Assembly (NCBI GenBank): GCA_010093815.1
Contig: ML996578.1
DNA from: Pseudovirgaria hyperparasitica
Lineage: Eukaryota
Reading direction: 5' to 3' (one strand)
Length of the DNA stretch: 64,000 bases
The notes under the pieces are model-generated. The model ran no database searches. It was not told where the DNA came from and was given only the letters and a program-made list of their open reading frames with translations. The position numbers and the translations under genes are program-made. Each line of letters starts with the position of its first letter. Position 1 is the stretch's first letter. Shown here one piece after another: positions 37,267-48,944 of this stretch.

Positions 37267-39262
37267 TTAGTCCTAGACCTTACGAGTAGAATTTAGTGGA
37301 TTCTTCATAAATTATACTAATACCTTCTCGCCCTCCTCGGGCATGCCATTATTAATTAAGAACTTATATAGTAGCCCTTAAGGCGTGCGGCTAACCTCGC
37401 TAAACGCGTTTATTAGACGACTAAACCAATCTTTAACGGCTTCGTTAAGCGGAAGTCCTTCATCTTTAAGGTCCTATATAGGATAAATAGAGATGATACT
37501 CGGGTTAGGAGGTATAGTATTATTAAAGCTAGGAACGAGGACCTCCGGACCGCCGTAATACATCTATTCTATTATAGCTATAACCTTTTAATTAGCTAGA
37601 GATTACACGAGATATAGATCTAACTTACGAGCGAAGGACTAGCCTTAGAGTTTAACCTAGTCTCCTTAAGATCTAATAACTTCTTTTAACGAAGTTTAGT
37701 AGCCGAATACTTTCTAGTGGCCTTAGTTATCTCTATAAATAAAGACTACTCGGTATGTTAGCGCTTTTTAATAATATTACGCTCGCCACGGTATACTATA
37801 GGAACGCGTTAAACCTATTAAAAGCCTTTAACGATATAAAGGAATAACTTATAACGCGATATACTATAGAATTTCCCATTCCCTTAGTGGAAATAGTTTA
37901 AATAGGTACCTTTAAATAGTAGGAACCCGTTAGGAAAAAGCTACATATACTCCCTAAAGATGCCTTTACTAGTAGAATAAGAACTATAGGCGCTCTCGCT
38001 AAAGTGCTAGTATATACCGCGAGCTATTATACCTAGGATAGCCGGAATAGTATAGGGATATAACCTATCTAGGCGTTTCGAAGGATCCCGAAAGATTCCT
38101 CCTCCTACCACGATATTCTAAGAATAATAGTAGTTACTAAACTTATCCGTTATATAGAACGGAAGTAGATTCTTCGGAATTAAGGCGTGCTAACCGCTGG
38201 CGTACGCCTTAATAAGGCCATCGATAAATTCCTTATAGAGCGCTCCGTTAATAGGAGGGTCCGAGAATAGCCACCCTAGGATAAGTTAGCTAACCGTTAA
38301 AGATAATTAACGAGATAAGGACTTACTCTAGTAAGCTAACCACTATATAAACTTAATAGACTTCCCCGAAAAGAAGTAGTAATTAGATTAAATTCAGAGG
38401 CCTATGCGACCTACTACTTCGATCTCGGCATCGCCATAGCTATTAAGTTTATTTACCATAGGTTACGCTATCGTACTAACCTTACGAGAAGCTATAGACC
38501 CCTTTCACTTCACGGGAGTCTTCTTAACGACCTTATTAGGACTTTTAAGGTCTATAATAGCCAGCTTAGAAGTTATAGAGCGAGTTTTAGGGCTGTTAAA
38601 CACCTTTAATAGAGTCCTTACGGCACTACGGGTCTTTACTAGAGTCCTAGGTATTCTAGGACGAGAGCCTAGATAAGAATTAGGAACTAGAATCTTAATA
38701 TAAGACTTAGCGACTTACCTTTCTTAGTTACCTTAGGAGTAACTATATCGCCGAGCTCGTTAACTTCGATTAACGTATTACTATTAAGGTCTAATAACCT
38801 AGAGCTTTCCCTATCTTTATTTTTAGGATAGAAAATATTATTAGAGTCTTCCGATAGGTTCGCGAACCGACTAGCTTTTATAGGGGCTTCGAAGGGCTCG
38901 TTAATAGCTATTACTAATCCTTAAGAGGCCGGAGCCTTAACTTTAGCCTTAGAGACCTTAGGTTTAAGGCTCTAACCGCCTTCTTCGATTAACTAAGCTA
39001 AAGCTTTATCTTCTAGGTCTAGTTCTTAAAAGAATAGCGAACCCTAAGGCCCGTTTAGATATAGATAGCCGTAGGCTATCTTTAAGTAACTCTTACGAAC
39101 TATATAGTTAACCTATACTTAAGGAATAAGGTAACTTAACCTACTATCTAGAGCACCTTCATTCGCCGCTAACACTTTATTAAGCGATAACTAGTTAGGA
39201 TTTCCGTATAGAGGACCTAAGAAAGCACGACGAAGATCCTTATTTATAACTATATCCGCTAT
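37267..39262 (-). pseudogene. Antisense five-exon accessory gene inside the retrotransposon (about 597 codons; DUF3716-like Cys motif), RIP-mutated
   Basis: Exons 39262-38719, 38668-38327, 38275-37853, 37795-37629, 37584-37267. Intron phases 1,1,1,0 join into one frame. Internal stops are TAA/TAG (RIP of CAA/CAG/TGG) plus two TGA (consistent with CGA). Confidence 0.8.
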
Positions 39263-39301
39263 AGGAAGTTTAAGTTAGAAGGGAAAAAGATAAAGTTAAA
39301 G

Positions 39302-39311
39302 TTTATATATA
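39302..39311 (-). promoter_or_regulatory. TATA-like box for the antisense gene
   Basis: TATATATAAA about 40 nt upstream of the inferred start. RIP also creates TA runs, so this is weak evidence. Confidence 0.4.
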
Positions 39312-39632
39312 TGAAATTATAGTATTAATCGGAGTAATTTCTAAGTTCACAGGAGTTTCAGCTATGTTATTAGATATTATTAAAAGGATTTAGCGCTGGA
39401 AAAAACTAAGGAAAAGGTCGAATTAGTTAAGAAATATAAGGTTAAAGGACGGTAGAATATAGGAATAGTAAAGGTAACTATTTAGCACTAAAATAAGCTC
39501 GGACTACTACCCTTACGCGACGTGTCGCTAATACGGCCTAGCGCTAAAGAGATTTCATACGCCTACCTCCCTATATTATATATTCTAACTCCGTTAATCG
39601 TCTTTAACGGCCTCGTAGAAGCTTATATAATT

Positions 39633-39645
39633 AGGAGGGGGAAGA
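39633..39645 (+). other. Polypurine tract
   Basis: AGGAGGGGGAAGA directly abutting the 3' LTR. Confidence 0.9.
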
Positions 39646-39777
39646 TGTGGGATTCCTATTAGGTAATCCCCGTTACTTAGATCTTATTTAGCGTTAGGCT
39701 AGTATATATAGCACTTAGATAGACTTAGTAGACACGTCAATCAATTTTGCCACGTCTAATTTACCAAAGTTCCCACA
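39646..39777 (+). repeat. 3' LTR (132 bp)
   Basis: Direct repeat of 30822-30953. Confidence 0.97.
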
Positions 39778-40120
39778 TACCCAACCATGCTGCCAGGTCC
39801 ACCTAACTGAAGCGCGCAACTCCTACAGAACACAGACACACGAAAGGTCTTTCGTTGCATCTCTTCACTTTCCCTTCCAAGAGTTCCTTCATGTAGTCGT
39901 TTTGGTTGCAACCATTCAGCCAAAGATTGACCCATCTTTGCAGCCTGACGTCATATGGTGACTTAGGAAGATACCGTGCCGTCTTGCACAATTTCTCGCT
40001 TCAAATTTCATCATATTTTCTGTCTGTCCTTTCAGTAACGATCGGCTCACCACCTCACGTGCTTCGAATTCCATAGTCAATCCTTGTGGAACAGTATTCT
40101 CGAGTTAGAAGCCAAGCATC

Positions 40121-42003
40121 ATGCCGACCTTGGCAGTGGTTAACTTCAATATCGTCTGTGCGACGTTAGGTGGCTTCATCACTGCCTTCGGACTTGTTTC
40201 CTATCTGCTCAAAGAGAAATACTACCTATCCGAAGCTCGTACGTACTAGCTTCCGTGCCCAAGCCCTTGCTGATCCGTGAAGTCATATCTACGCTTGCGG
40301 GCGTAGTCTTTGGACCACATGCGGCAAACTTCCTCAGGCCGCTTGATTATGCCTTGGGTGACGAAGAGGCATTGGGTACAATCACCTTGTATTTCACAAG
40401 GCTAGTCCTCGGTGTGCAGCTCGTGCTTGCTGGCGTTCAGCTTCCAAGCAGATATCTAATACTTGAATGGAGAAGTCTTGGTTTACTTATCGGTCCTGGT
40501 ATGACCGGGATGTGGGTCATGACAAGCCTTCTCGTATGGGCAATGGTCCCTCATCTAAGCTTCTTACATGCTCTCGCTGTTGCTGCATGTGTCACTCCGA
40601 CTGACCCTGTATTATCAAACTCCATTGTCAAAGGTAAGTTCGCGGACAAGAACATACCAAAAGAGCTGCAGAAGATCATAACGGCCGAGTCGGGTGCAAA
40701 TGATGGACTCGGCTATCCTTTTCTCTTCCTTCCCCTCTATCTTATCAAGTACATTGGGGAGGGTGGTGCAGGTCAAAGTGGAGGAGCCGGTAAGGCTATA
40801 GGCTACTGGTTTGGTGAAACCTGGGCCTACACCATCATTCTTAGTATCGTCTATGGCGGCGTGGTCGGGTGGATCGCGAAAGAGCTCTTGCACTGGGCCG
40901 AAGAGAGGAAATTTGTGGATAAAGAAAGCTTCCTGGTGTTCGCTATCACCCTAGCTGTAAGTTCTGCCTATCAGTGCAATCTTCTCTTCTAACCTATGGT
41001 AGCTGTTCATAGTTGGTACTGTGGGTATGATAGGCAGTGACGACGTACTTGCCTGCTTTATTGCTGGAAATACGTTCACATGGGAGTAGGAAATGATCAT
41101 GATCTGACTATGAGTCTCAGACTGACAATCGATAGTGACTGGTTCCGCCTCGAGACATTGGACGATTCATTCCAACCGACCATTGACATGCTTCTAAATG
41201 TCACAGTCTTTGTGTGGTTTGGCGCCATCTGCCCTTGGCATGAGTTTGCCCACAACAATGTGATCCCTATATACAGGCTCATCTTTCTGGGCATCCTGAT
41301 TATGCTGCTCCGCCGACTACCAGTCATATTCGCCCTGCACAAGAAGATACATCAGATTGAAGACTTCCGCCACGCCTTGTTCGTTGGATTCTTCGGACCC
41401 ATCGGCGTCTCCGCCATCTTCTATCTTTATGTCAGCTTGGAATTTCTAAGAGGTATTACGGTTGATGGTGAGCAGCGTGCAGATGCCCGGAAGCTTGCTG
41501 AAGTAATGTATGTTGTAATTTGGTTTGCAACAATCTGCAGCATCGTAGGTCTACAATCATCGAATATTCGCTTGACTGCTGACAACAACCAGGTCGTCCA
41601 TGGTTTAAGTATACCTGTGGGGAAACTAGGCTTTTGGATCCCACGCACGTTGTCCAATGCTGTGACCTCTGCAAGTGGTAGCGATACACCATTTCGCACC
41701 CGTGGTACCGCTCTTGAGAATACTGATCTGAGTGCGCGCGCACGTCGCTCCGGTAACACAACGCCAACAGGTGATAGCAGTCTTCCTCGATCTCTATATC
41801 GCATTGGGGGATCCATCATCCGTAGCAAACCAGGACAACATGGCCCCCCGAGGGATGCCTTAGCTTCACAGGATCGAATCACTGTTCCTCCCACTACAAT
41901 CGACGGCGGTATTGCTCCGAGAGCTATTCGCTTCCCAGATGATGTCGGAGATTCGCAATTGCCAGAGATCGCGCGCGCACGAAGCTCTACCAGGAGCAGC
42001 TGA
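40121..42003 (+). CDS. NHA1: Plasma-membrane Na+(K+)/H+ antiporter; introns 40239-40282, 40957-41002, 41086-41135, 41545-41592
   Basis: FGLVSYLLKEKYYLSEA, ACVTPTDPVLS, AESGANDGLGYPF, GSDDVLACFIAG, LRRLP, GFFGPIGVSA, SIVVHGLSIP. It may be a paralogue within the Nha1/Sod2 family. Confidence 0.85.
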
Positions 42004-42607
42004 ATGCTTATGGGACCAGGGACTGTTCAGGTGATATTTCGTTCATGATGGTATCGACATTAACATGCAGCACTCATCGTAACTTCTGTGTATGGATCCA
42101 TAATGTTTGCTTTGCGTCCAACCATAGGTTGCATGCTTACACTATGCACGTAAAACATTTTCTGTGTTACGAGGATCGGCTTACAGGATGAATGTAAGCA
42201 ATTGAAATGGATACCAGTTTGTACAAGGCTATCATGTTGATTATGAGGTAGGGCGAAGGCAGATTTGTGAATCCTTAGGACGGTTTGGCGTGCTTACTCA
42301 ACAGGACTGACCAATTGGGTAGACAAATAAGCGACCCCAAAATGCGGACCGCTCCCTTTGGTCGCACGATGAAGGTTGGCTTTCCCAGCACGGGCCACTG
42401 GCCTGGTTCACAACGACGCGTGCATGGAGCTGAACTTTTAGTCTACAGGAACAGGCCAACGATGAGAAGGAAGATCATGTACAACTGTTGTTGGACCCTG
42501 CGTGGTGCCCTGTTGGTGCACATCTCCTCGTTATTTCAAGGCTGCCGTTCCCGTTGAATATCTCCCTATTTGTCACCCGAATTCGCGACCTCGAGCAACA
42601 AGTAGAT

Positions 42608-44777
42608 ATGGCAACCCCGAGCGATAGTGTCGACGCGCTCAGCACCTCGAAACCTTCCATCTCAATTTCGCACGCGCCGACGCCGCGCCGACACCATCAT
42701 CACACTGGGCGTCGCTTACGGCATTTCCTCCGTCCTGATGGCCGCAAAGTTCACATTGCAGCAAGCCCGGAGGAGGTTGATTCACTTCGCAAGACGCTAT
42801 CGATGACGGAGAAGGAGTTTGATCTCGTAATTCATGGGAGTAACGAGCATGTCGAAGCATTGCGGGAAGCGCATACACACCAGGAGCTAACGAAGGAAGA
42901 GCTGCGTCGCCAGCACGGTGACACCTTGGATGAGTTCGAAAGAGTCATCAGAGAGCTGGACGCACTGAATTCAGAGCTGCATACTATTAGTGAGCACGCT
43001 GTGCAGTTGGACGCCAATTTCTCCAAATATGGGTATTCTGCCCATCTCAGTAAGTCAAAGCCTATTCTTAGCATGTCTTGTTGACTTGATCATTGCCTGT
43101 TCGCATCTCAGGTCACGTGGCTTGAGTGGACTCCTAACTGATGTAGCTATTCAAGCCTGCTCTACAATCCGTGTCTCGTGAGGCTCATATCTGAACTTCA
43201 ACTGACTGAATATAGGGACACGCGACAGCCCTAGCCAGTCCTCGGCCAACTCCCTTTTCGATGGCTCAACAGATAACGAGAGTCAGGACTGGGATGCCAC
43301 GCGCTCTCAAGGCCAGACTCTTCGATTCTGGCGAAAGCCTATCATTCGCCAATATTTTCACAAGGGCCTCCTGTGGCGTGCACAAGAGATGCAAGAAGTC
43401 GCCAGTTATGAGTTGTTCGTGGATCTCTTGTACGTCGGTATCCTGGATATAGCTGGTGAGGCAGCCGCCGAGTATGCGACCGGGCAAACACTCCACCAAT
43501 TCGCCATCGTCTTCATTCTCGGCTGGCGAATCTGGACAGACATTGGACAGCTGATCTCGTGGTTTGATGCTGATGACATGTTTCGTCGTTTCACGGTTCT
43601 TTTCATTCTGACCTGCCTGCTCGGCTTTACGACGAATATGAATGCAAGTCTGGAACACACTTACACACCCCTGGTCGCATTCTACCTCGCAGAACGTCTC
43701 TTCGTTGCCTCGTATTACGCTTGGAATGCATATCTGATTCCGATGGTCCGTGTCGCTATGTACGGTTTCGCGGTCGTCACAGCTCTTCCAGCAGCTCTCT
43801 GGATTGGTAGCATTCATGTCCACGTCCCAGAACGGTATGCGCTCATCTGGATTGCAATCGTGCTTGACCTCTGTAGCCAATTCTGGATCGTTGCGATGTA
43901 CCGTTGGGGAGGGTTTTCAGCAAGGATGAAAGCCTGGTTTAGCGAAAAGATTGAGTTCACGCCTGGTCTCAACATTGAGCATAGGATCGAGCGCACAAAC
44001 GCGTTCGTCACACTTGTTTTTGGCTACTCGGTGCTCGCACTGCTCTACCAGAACTCCGCAGAATTCGGCATCAACGGTTTCTTCGGCAAAGCGGTGCTCG
44101 GCCTTGTTCAGGCCTTTAGCTTCAACTGGCTGTACTTTGAGCTGGACAGCTTCAATCTGCACACGCACGCCATTCGCAGACACTACGTCAGTGCGATACT
44201 CTGGCAAGCACTGCATTTGCCCTTCATCCTCGGGTACGTCATTTCCAGCTCGTCGCTCGCGAAGCTAGTACTTGCGCACGACTTTGCAGACGCAGACTAC
44301 GACAGCCTCGAGGGACATTACCACGAGCGCTCCGAGGAGCACATTTTGACAGGCCAGCGCTGGTTCTACTGTGGCGGGCTAGCGCTTGCACTCGTGAGCA
44401 TGGGCGGCATCTCTTTAACGCACGTCTACAAGACACTGCCGGACCAGCGGCTCGTCAAGTACAAGCGTGTCTTTCTCCGGTGTCTCGTCGCGATCGCCAT
44501 CCTGTTGCTTCCGCTGGCGGAGAGTCTGAACAGTCTGGAGCTGATTGCGATTACGGCAAGTCTGGTCGTGTTTGTGCTTGCGATTGAGCTGGTGGGTAAC
44601 TCGTGCGCGAGTCAAAGCTTCTTCTGTCGCGACCGAAGGGAGTGCACATACCGGGCCAAGTGTGGGATGAGTCGCAAGGAGATGGCGGATCGTGTACGGA
44701 AGGGAGAGGTCGTGGATGTTGAGGAGGTTGCTAGAAGGGATGGAGGCACGAGAGAGACTGTCGGACCGGGGTTCTGA
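42608..44777 (+). CDS. LtrA (low temperature requirement A)-family polytopic membrane protein; intron 43050-43215
   Basis: VASYELFVDLLYVG, NIEHRIERTNAFVTLVFG, WLYF, LHLPF; many hydrophobic helices after a soluble N-terminus. Confidence 0.8.
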
Positions 44778-46318
44778 TGTTGAACATTGTTGCATGCAAA
44801 TGGGCACTATTACGGAGGTAGGAGAAATTGGCAAGTTGTTTTGCCGATGCATGGAGATGCATCGGGGATTGTCTTAGAGGAGGCTGTGACGGTGCGAGCA
44901 TGCATAAGGTAGCAACAAACACACACAGCATTTCGCAGCCCGGAAGCAGAGGAGGCGATCATGATGACAGAGGGCATGATAGTATCGTGATAGGTATGAT
45001 GAGAGACGACCAAACCACGCCGTCGTGCCAGCTCAGCGCCACCACCTCTGCGTCAAATAACGCATCATTATTTTTATGAAATCGGAAGTTCAACGGAATT
45101 TCTTGATAAAAATACATCCGATAGCTTTTCTCGGGCAGCGGCCGGACGAGCCCTATCCAGGCAGGCGAGTTTCTAGCGCGGCTTGCGGCTGCTAAGACAG
45201 CTAATAGTCGCGCCCGCATTAGGTAGACGGGTGCTGCAGATTGCAGCCGCATCGACAAAAAGACCGACAGGCAGGAGAATTGGCAATGCGGTCTTCAGGG
45301 CTAATAGTGATCAGCTCCGCGAGGCGGAATGACTGTACTGTGTAGTAATAGTTCTAGAATCTGGATGTGTTTTTAATAGCGATCGATTCAGGTCAGGGTA
45401 GGTAGCACACGTGACACACTGGCACTGACATTACTGACAGATGACAGATGACACGGCAGACATGCACAACTGTCGTGCAAGGGACGGACCCTGGTCTTGT
45501 GTGAGAAAGACGTTTCGACATGTGAGTGACGGTGCGTACTTGACAATACGTATACGTGTATATATATATATATATATACAACTTGTAACTCTTTCAATGG
45601 TCTGCCTTTTCTACACATTTAGTGTTCGATAGTCAATTAGTGCCTGTTCCTGTGTCATGCAGCCGGGAAGAGAGGCAGCCGTAAATAGCGAGGATTAGCT
45701 TTGCTTGGCTTATTGATTTGATTGTGGACGATCGATCGGGCCTGGTGGCCTGTCATTAGCCAGTAATAGCATGTAATAGTCAGTAATCAGCCACTAAAAG
45801 CCACTAAACGTCCAGTCACGGACCCCGTCTGGCTGTCGCAAGTGGGCGATGTGACCTTGTGGTGGTTCCGTTTACGGTATAGCGCGCAAATCGACCATCC
45901 CCTTCAAGGCTTTAGGGCTCCCAGGGCTCCAACTTTGCCTCGTTTTGCCTCCTTGCTGCCGTTCATCCATCTCGCTCTCCTCGTCTTCTTCTTCTTCTTC
46001 TCTTTCCCCAGGTCCACTCTTCAAGCTTCAACCTTGTGCCTGTTCTCCTTGTCGATTGTCGCCAGTTGTGCTTCAATCTGTCTCTCGCTACTTGACCACT
46101 GTCGTTGACCACTCTCGTTATTCCTACTACCCCTTCTGATACCCCTGGACCCTCTCTCTCGCTCGACAGTCCAGATCGACCTGACTATTCATTCAATACA
46201 CCGTGTTTCGACACTGCACGTAGCCTCCTAGTCTCGTTGTCGAGCCATACACTCATCGACAGTCGACTGCGCCATCTTCTACATCCCCGATTGTCCTCCA
46301 TAATACCTCTTCACAGCC

Positions 46319-47707
46319 ATGGTACGCTTCATCGTAGCCACGGCTCTCGCAGCCTTGTCGTCTGTCGCCCTCACTCAATCCATTCCATCTTGTGGCCCAA
46401 ACCAACCGTGTCCGGCTGAGACACCTTGCTGTTCCGGTATGTAGTGTTTTGGACATGGCCATCAGGACACCTTGAGAAACTGACTGTGTAAAGCTTACGG
46501 ACAATGTGGTGTGGGCGCGTACTGCTTGGGAGGATGCGATTCAAAACACTCCCACAAGCTCGATTCTTGCGTCCCTGCCCCTACCTGCCAGAACAAGAAC
46601 TACAAGTTCGACACCCTCGATAGCGTTATGGCCATCGATGAATACCTCGGTGACAGCACAAAGGCGGACTGGGTCGCTAGCGGCAAGCCTGCCATCTACA
46701 ACAAAGGACTTCTCATGACCATGGCCCAAGACACCGTCGGTACCCTACTCGCGACCACCCATTACGTCTGGTACGGCAAGATCTCTGCAAAGATGACGAC
46801 TTCCCAGGGACGCGGTGTCGTAACTGCTTTCATCATGATGTCGGACGTCAAGGATGAAATTGATTTTGAGTTTATCGGTGTCGATCTTGGCAAGGCTCAA
46901 TCCAACTACTACCACCAGGGTGTGACCGTTTATACCAACTCTGCAAACTTGACTGTCTCCAACGGAAACACCGTTGAGCAGGAGCACGAGTACACTATCG
47001 ACTGGACTCCAGACCAAATCACCTGGTCCATCGACGGAGCTGAGATGCGCACAGTCAAGAAGGCCGATACGTGGAATGCTACTGCCAACAGCTTTTACTA
47101 CCCGCAAACACCGGCCCGTGTCATGTTGTCGCTCTGGCCTGCTGGTCTCCCTACCAATGAGGAAGGTACCATTAACTGGGCTGGTGGTGTTATCGACTGG
47201 AACTCCAACGCCATGCAGAACGGATACTACTACGCTCGCGTCTCCGAGGTCAATGTGGAATGCTACGACCCCCCGTCCGGTGCCAACGTCCAGGGCGACA
47301 AGTCTTACACTTACACCGACGTTGCTGCAACCAACGACACCGTCAAGATCGGCAATGACCTCGTGACCCTTGCCTCCTTCTACGCTACCGGCGAGAACCC
47401 CAAGGAGGATCCTCACGCGTCTGCATCTGGCTCCGCTGCATCACCATCTATGACCTCGGCGCCCGAGACCGTCCCGGGTATGTCTGGTGGTGGCAACCGC
47501 GGCGACGAGTCTGGTGCTGGAGGTGCTGACGCCGGCGCTGACCCTCAAGCATCCGGTGCTGCTGGTGGCGATGGCTCTGCTCCAGCCAGCGGCGGAGGCA
47601 ACGGCGGCTTCACCCAGGGTGGCAACACGGGCGTGAACACAGCTGCCAAGGTAGGCGGCAGCACACTCGCTGTGCTGGTCGCCTTTATGGCCCTGCTGTT
47701 CCTGTAG
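46319..47707 (+). CDS. UTR2: GPI-anchored GH16 chitin transglycosylase (Crh family, Utr2/Crh2 type) with N-terminal Cys-rich chitin-binding module; intron 46437-46493
   Basis: Signal peptide, CGPNQPCPAETPCCS.YGQCGVGAYCLGGCD, catalytic DEIDFE, hydrophobic C-terminal GPI signal. Confidence 0.88.
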
Positions 47708-48232
47708 TTATCTTTTTTTGTTCGCGCGGATATATACTTGACCATTGCTTCCCTTTTACATCATGAGCGGTTTCACACCGGGAGATTTATCACTTTTTTT
47801 TCTCGCTTTTATGGATGGCTCCATTTTCATCATCTGGCCCGGACCTCATCGAAGGAGTTATTATTTTTTGCTTTGCCGGCGGAGCAAGTGGTATATGCTT
47901 GTATTCAAATGAGTAATGTCTGTCCGTAGCCTTTTGGGAAGGGGAAGAAAGGGGGGGGGGACGAGATCTAGGAATAGCATAAACATTATTATCAAGGCTT
48001 GCTAGAGCTGTAGTATTTAACAAATATGCATTTGAGATTCTGGGCAAAGAGAGTGAACTTGCCCTACCTGCTAAGAAGTCGAGTAGAAAAGTAGAGTAGG
48101 AGGAAGTAGTGACATTTCTTTGTGTATTGCTGCTATCTACGCATACATAACATACCATGGTACCAAAGAAAATTGAGAACTTGTTATCTCTCGAGAGAGA
48201 AAATAAAACATGTCAGTCTGGTTTCTGGCTAT

Positions 48233-48292
48233 GGTAGTGCTGGTGGTGCTGGTGGTGCTGGTGGTGCTGGTGGTGCTGGTGGTGCTGGTGGT
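48233..48292. repeat. (GGTGGTGCT)n minisatellite
   Basis: About six tandem 9-mers. Confidence 0.85.
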
Positions 48293-48580
48293 CTACTAAT
48301 TAGTAATTACAGGACAGGTCGATAGGTACTGGGTATTGGGTACTGGATCACTCGTGTGGTGTATATGTATATATACAGTAGGTACTAGGACATTAATTAG
48401 GCTAGGGGACAGTTCAGGCACTTTTCAGGCTTCGGAGTGTGCCCGGACTGATGTCTTGTCAGTGTACCTATATATAGCTCATATGGATGGATGGGATGGA
48501 TGGTGCGTGGTATAGGCGTGGTGTGTATGGATTAGGAGGTCTTATGTGGTGGGAGTGTTTATGGTTGGTTGTATATCTAC

Positions 48581-48614
<34 letters not shown>

Positions 48615-48944
48615 AAAGAAAGAGAGAGAGAGAGGGGAAACACTGAGAGGACAGGGCTTGCGAAGAGTCCGATGTGTGTCCATTACATTTCATCTTCTAT
48701 GGTAACATTCGTGTTTCTCTTTTACTATTACCTCATGGAGAGCCAGCCTATCACCTCTTGCGTCGTCGGTGAGGTGTTTTTTGTCAGTCAGTCAGTCAGT
48801 CAGTCCAGCCATCCAGCACACGCTCCCCAGTCTTCCTTCTTCCCCTTTTCGTTGTATGCCGAGACATGCACTCAATATCGTCCCTAACACCCTCCCTTCC
48901 CTCCCTCCTTTCCCACCTCCCTTCCTCCGTCCCTCCCAAGAATC

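Larger units (their letters stand above)
30822..39777 (+). mobile_element. Full-length Ty3/Gypsy LTR retrotransposon (about 8.96 kb), RIP-inactivated
   Basis: Paired 132-bp LTRs, TSD TACC (30818-30821 and 39778-39781), polypurine tract, and domain order gag-PR-RT-RNaseH-IN. Strong TpA excess with CpA/TpG depletion. Confidence 0.97.

Noticed and set aside
30822..39777. AT-rich ORF desert as a centromere, organellar insert or alternative-genetic-code region
   Set aside because: Paired LTRs, a TSD and in-frame retroelement motifs with only transition-type stops explain it as a RIP-mutated retrotransposon.
42608..44777. LtrA-family gene as a recent bacterial transfer
   Set aside because: It has a spliceosomal intron and host-like composition, and the family is known in fungi.
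48233..48292. Short tandem repeats here and at 18158, 57805 and 63338 as CRISPR-like or telomeric arrays
   Set aside because: No unique spacers, no TTAGGG units and no associated genes; these are simple repeats.
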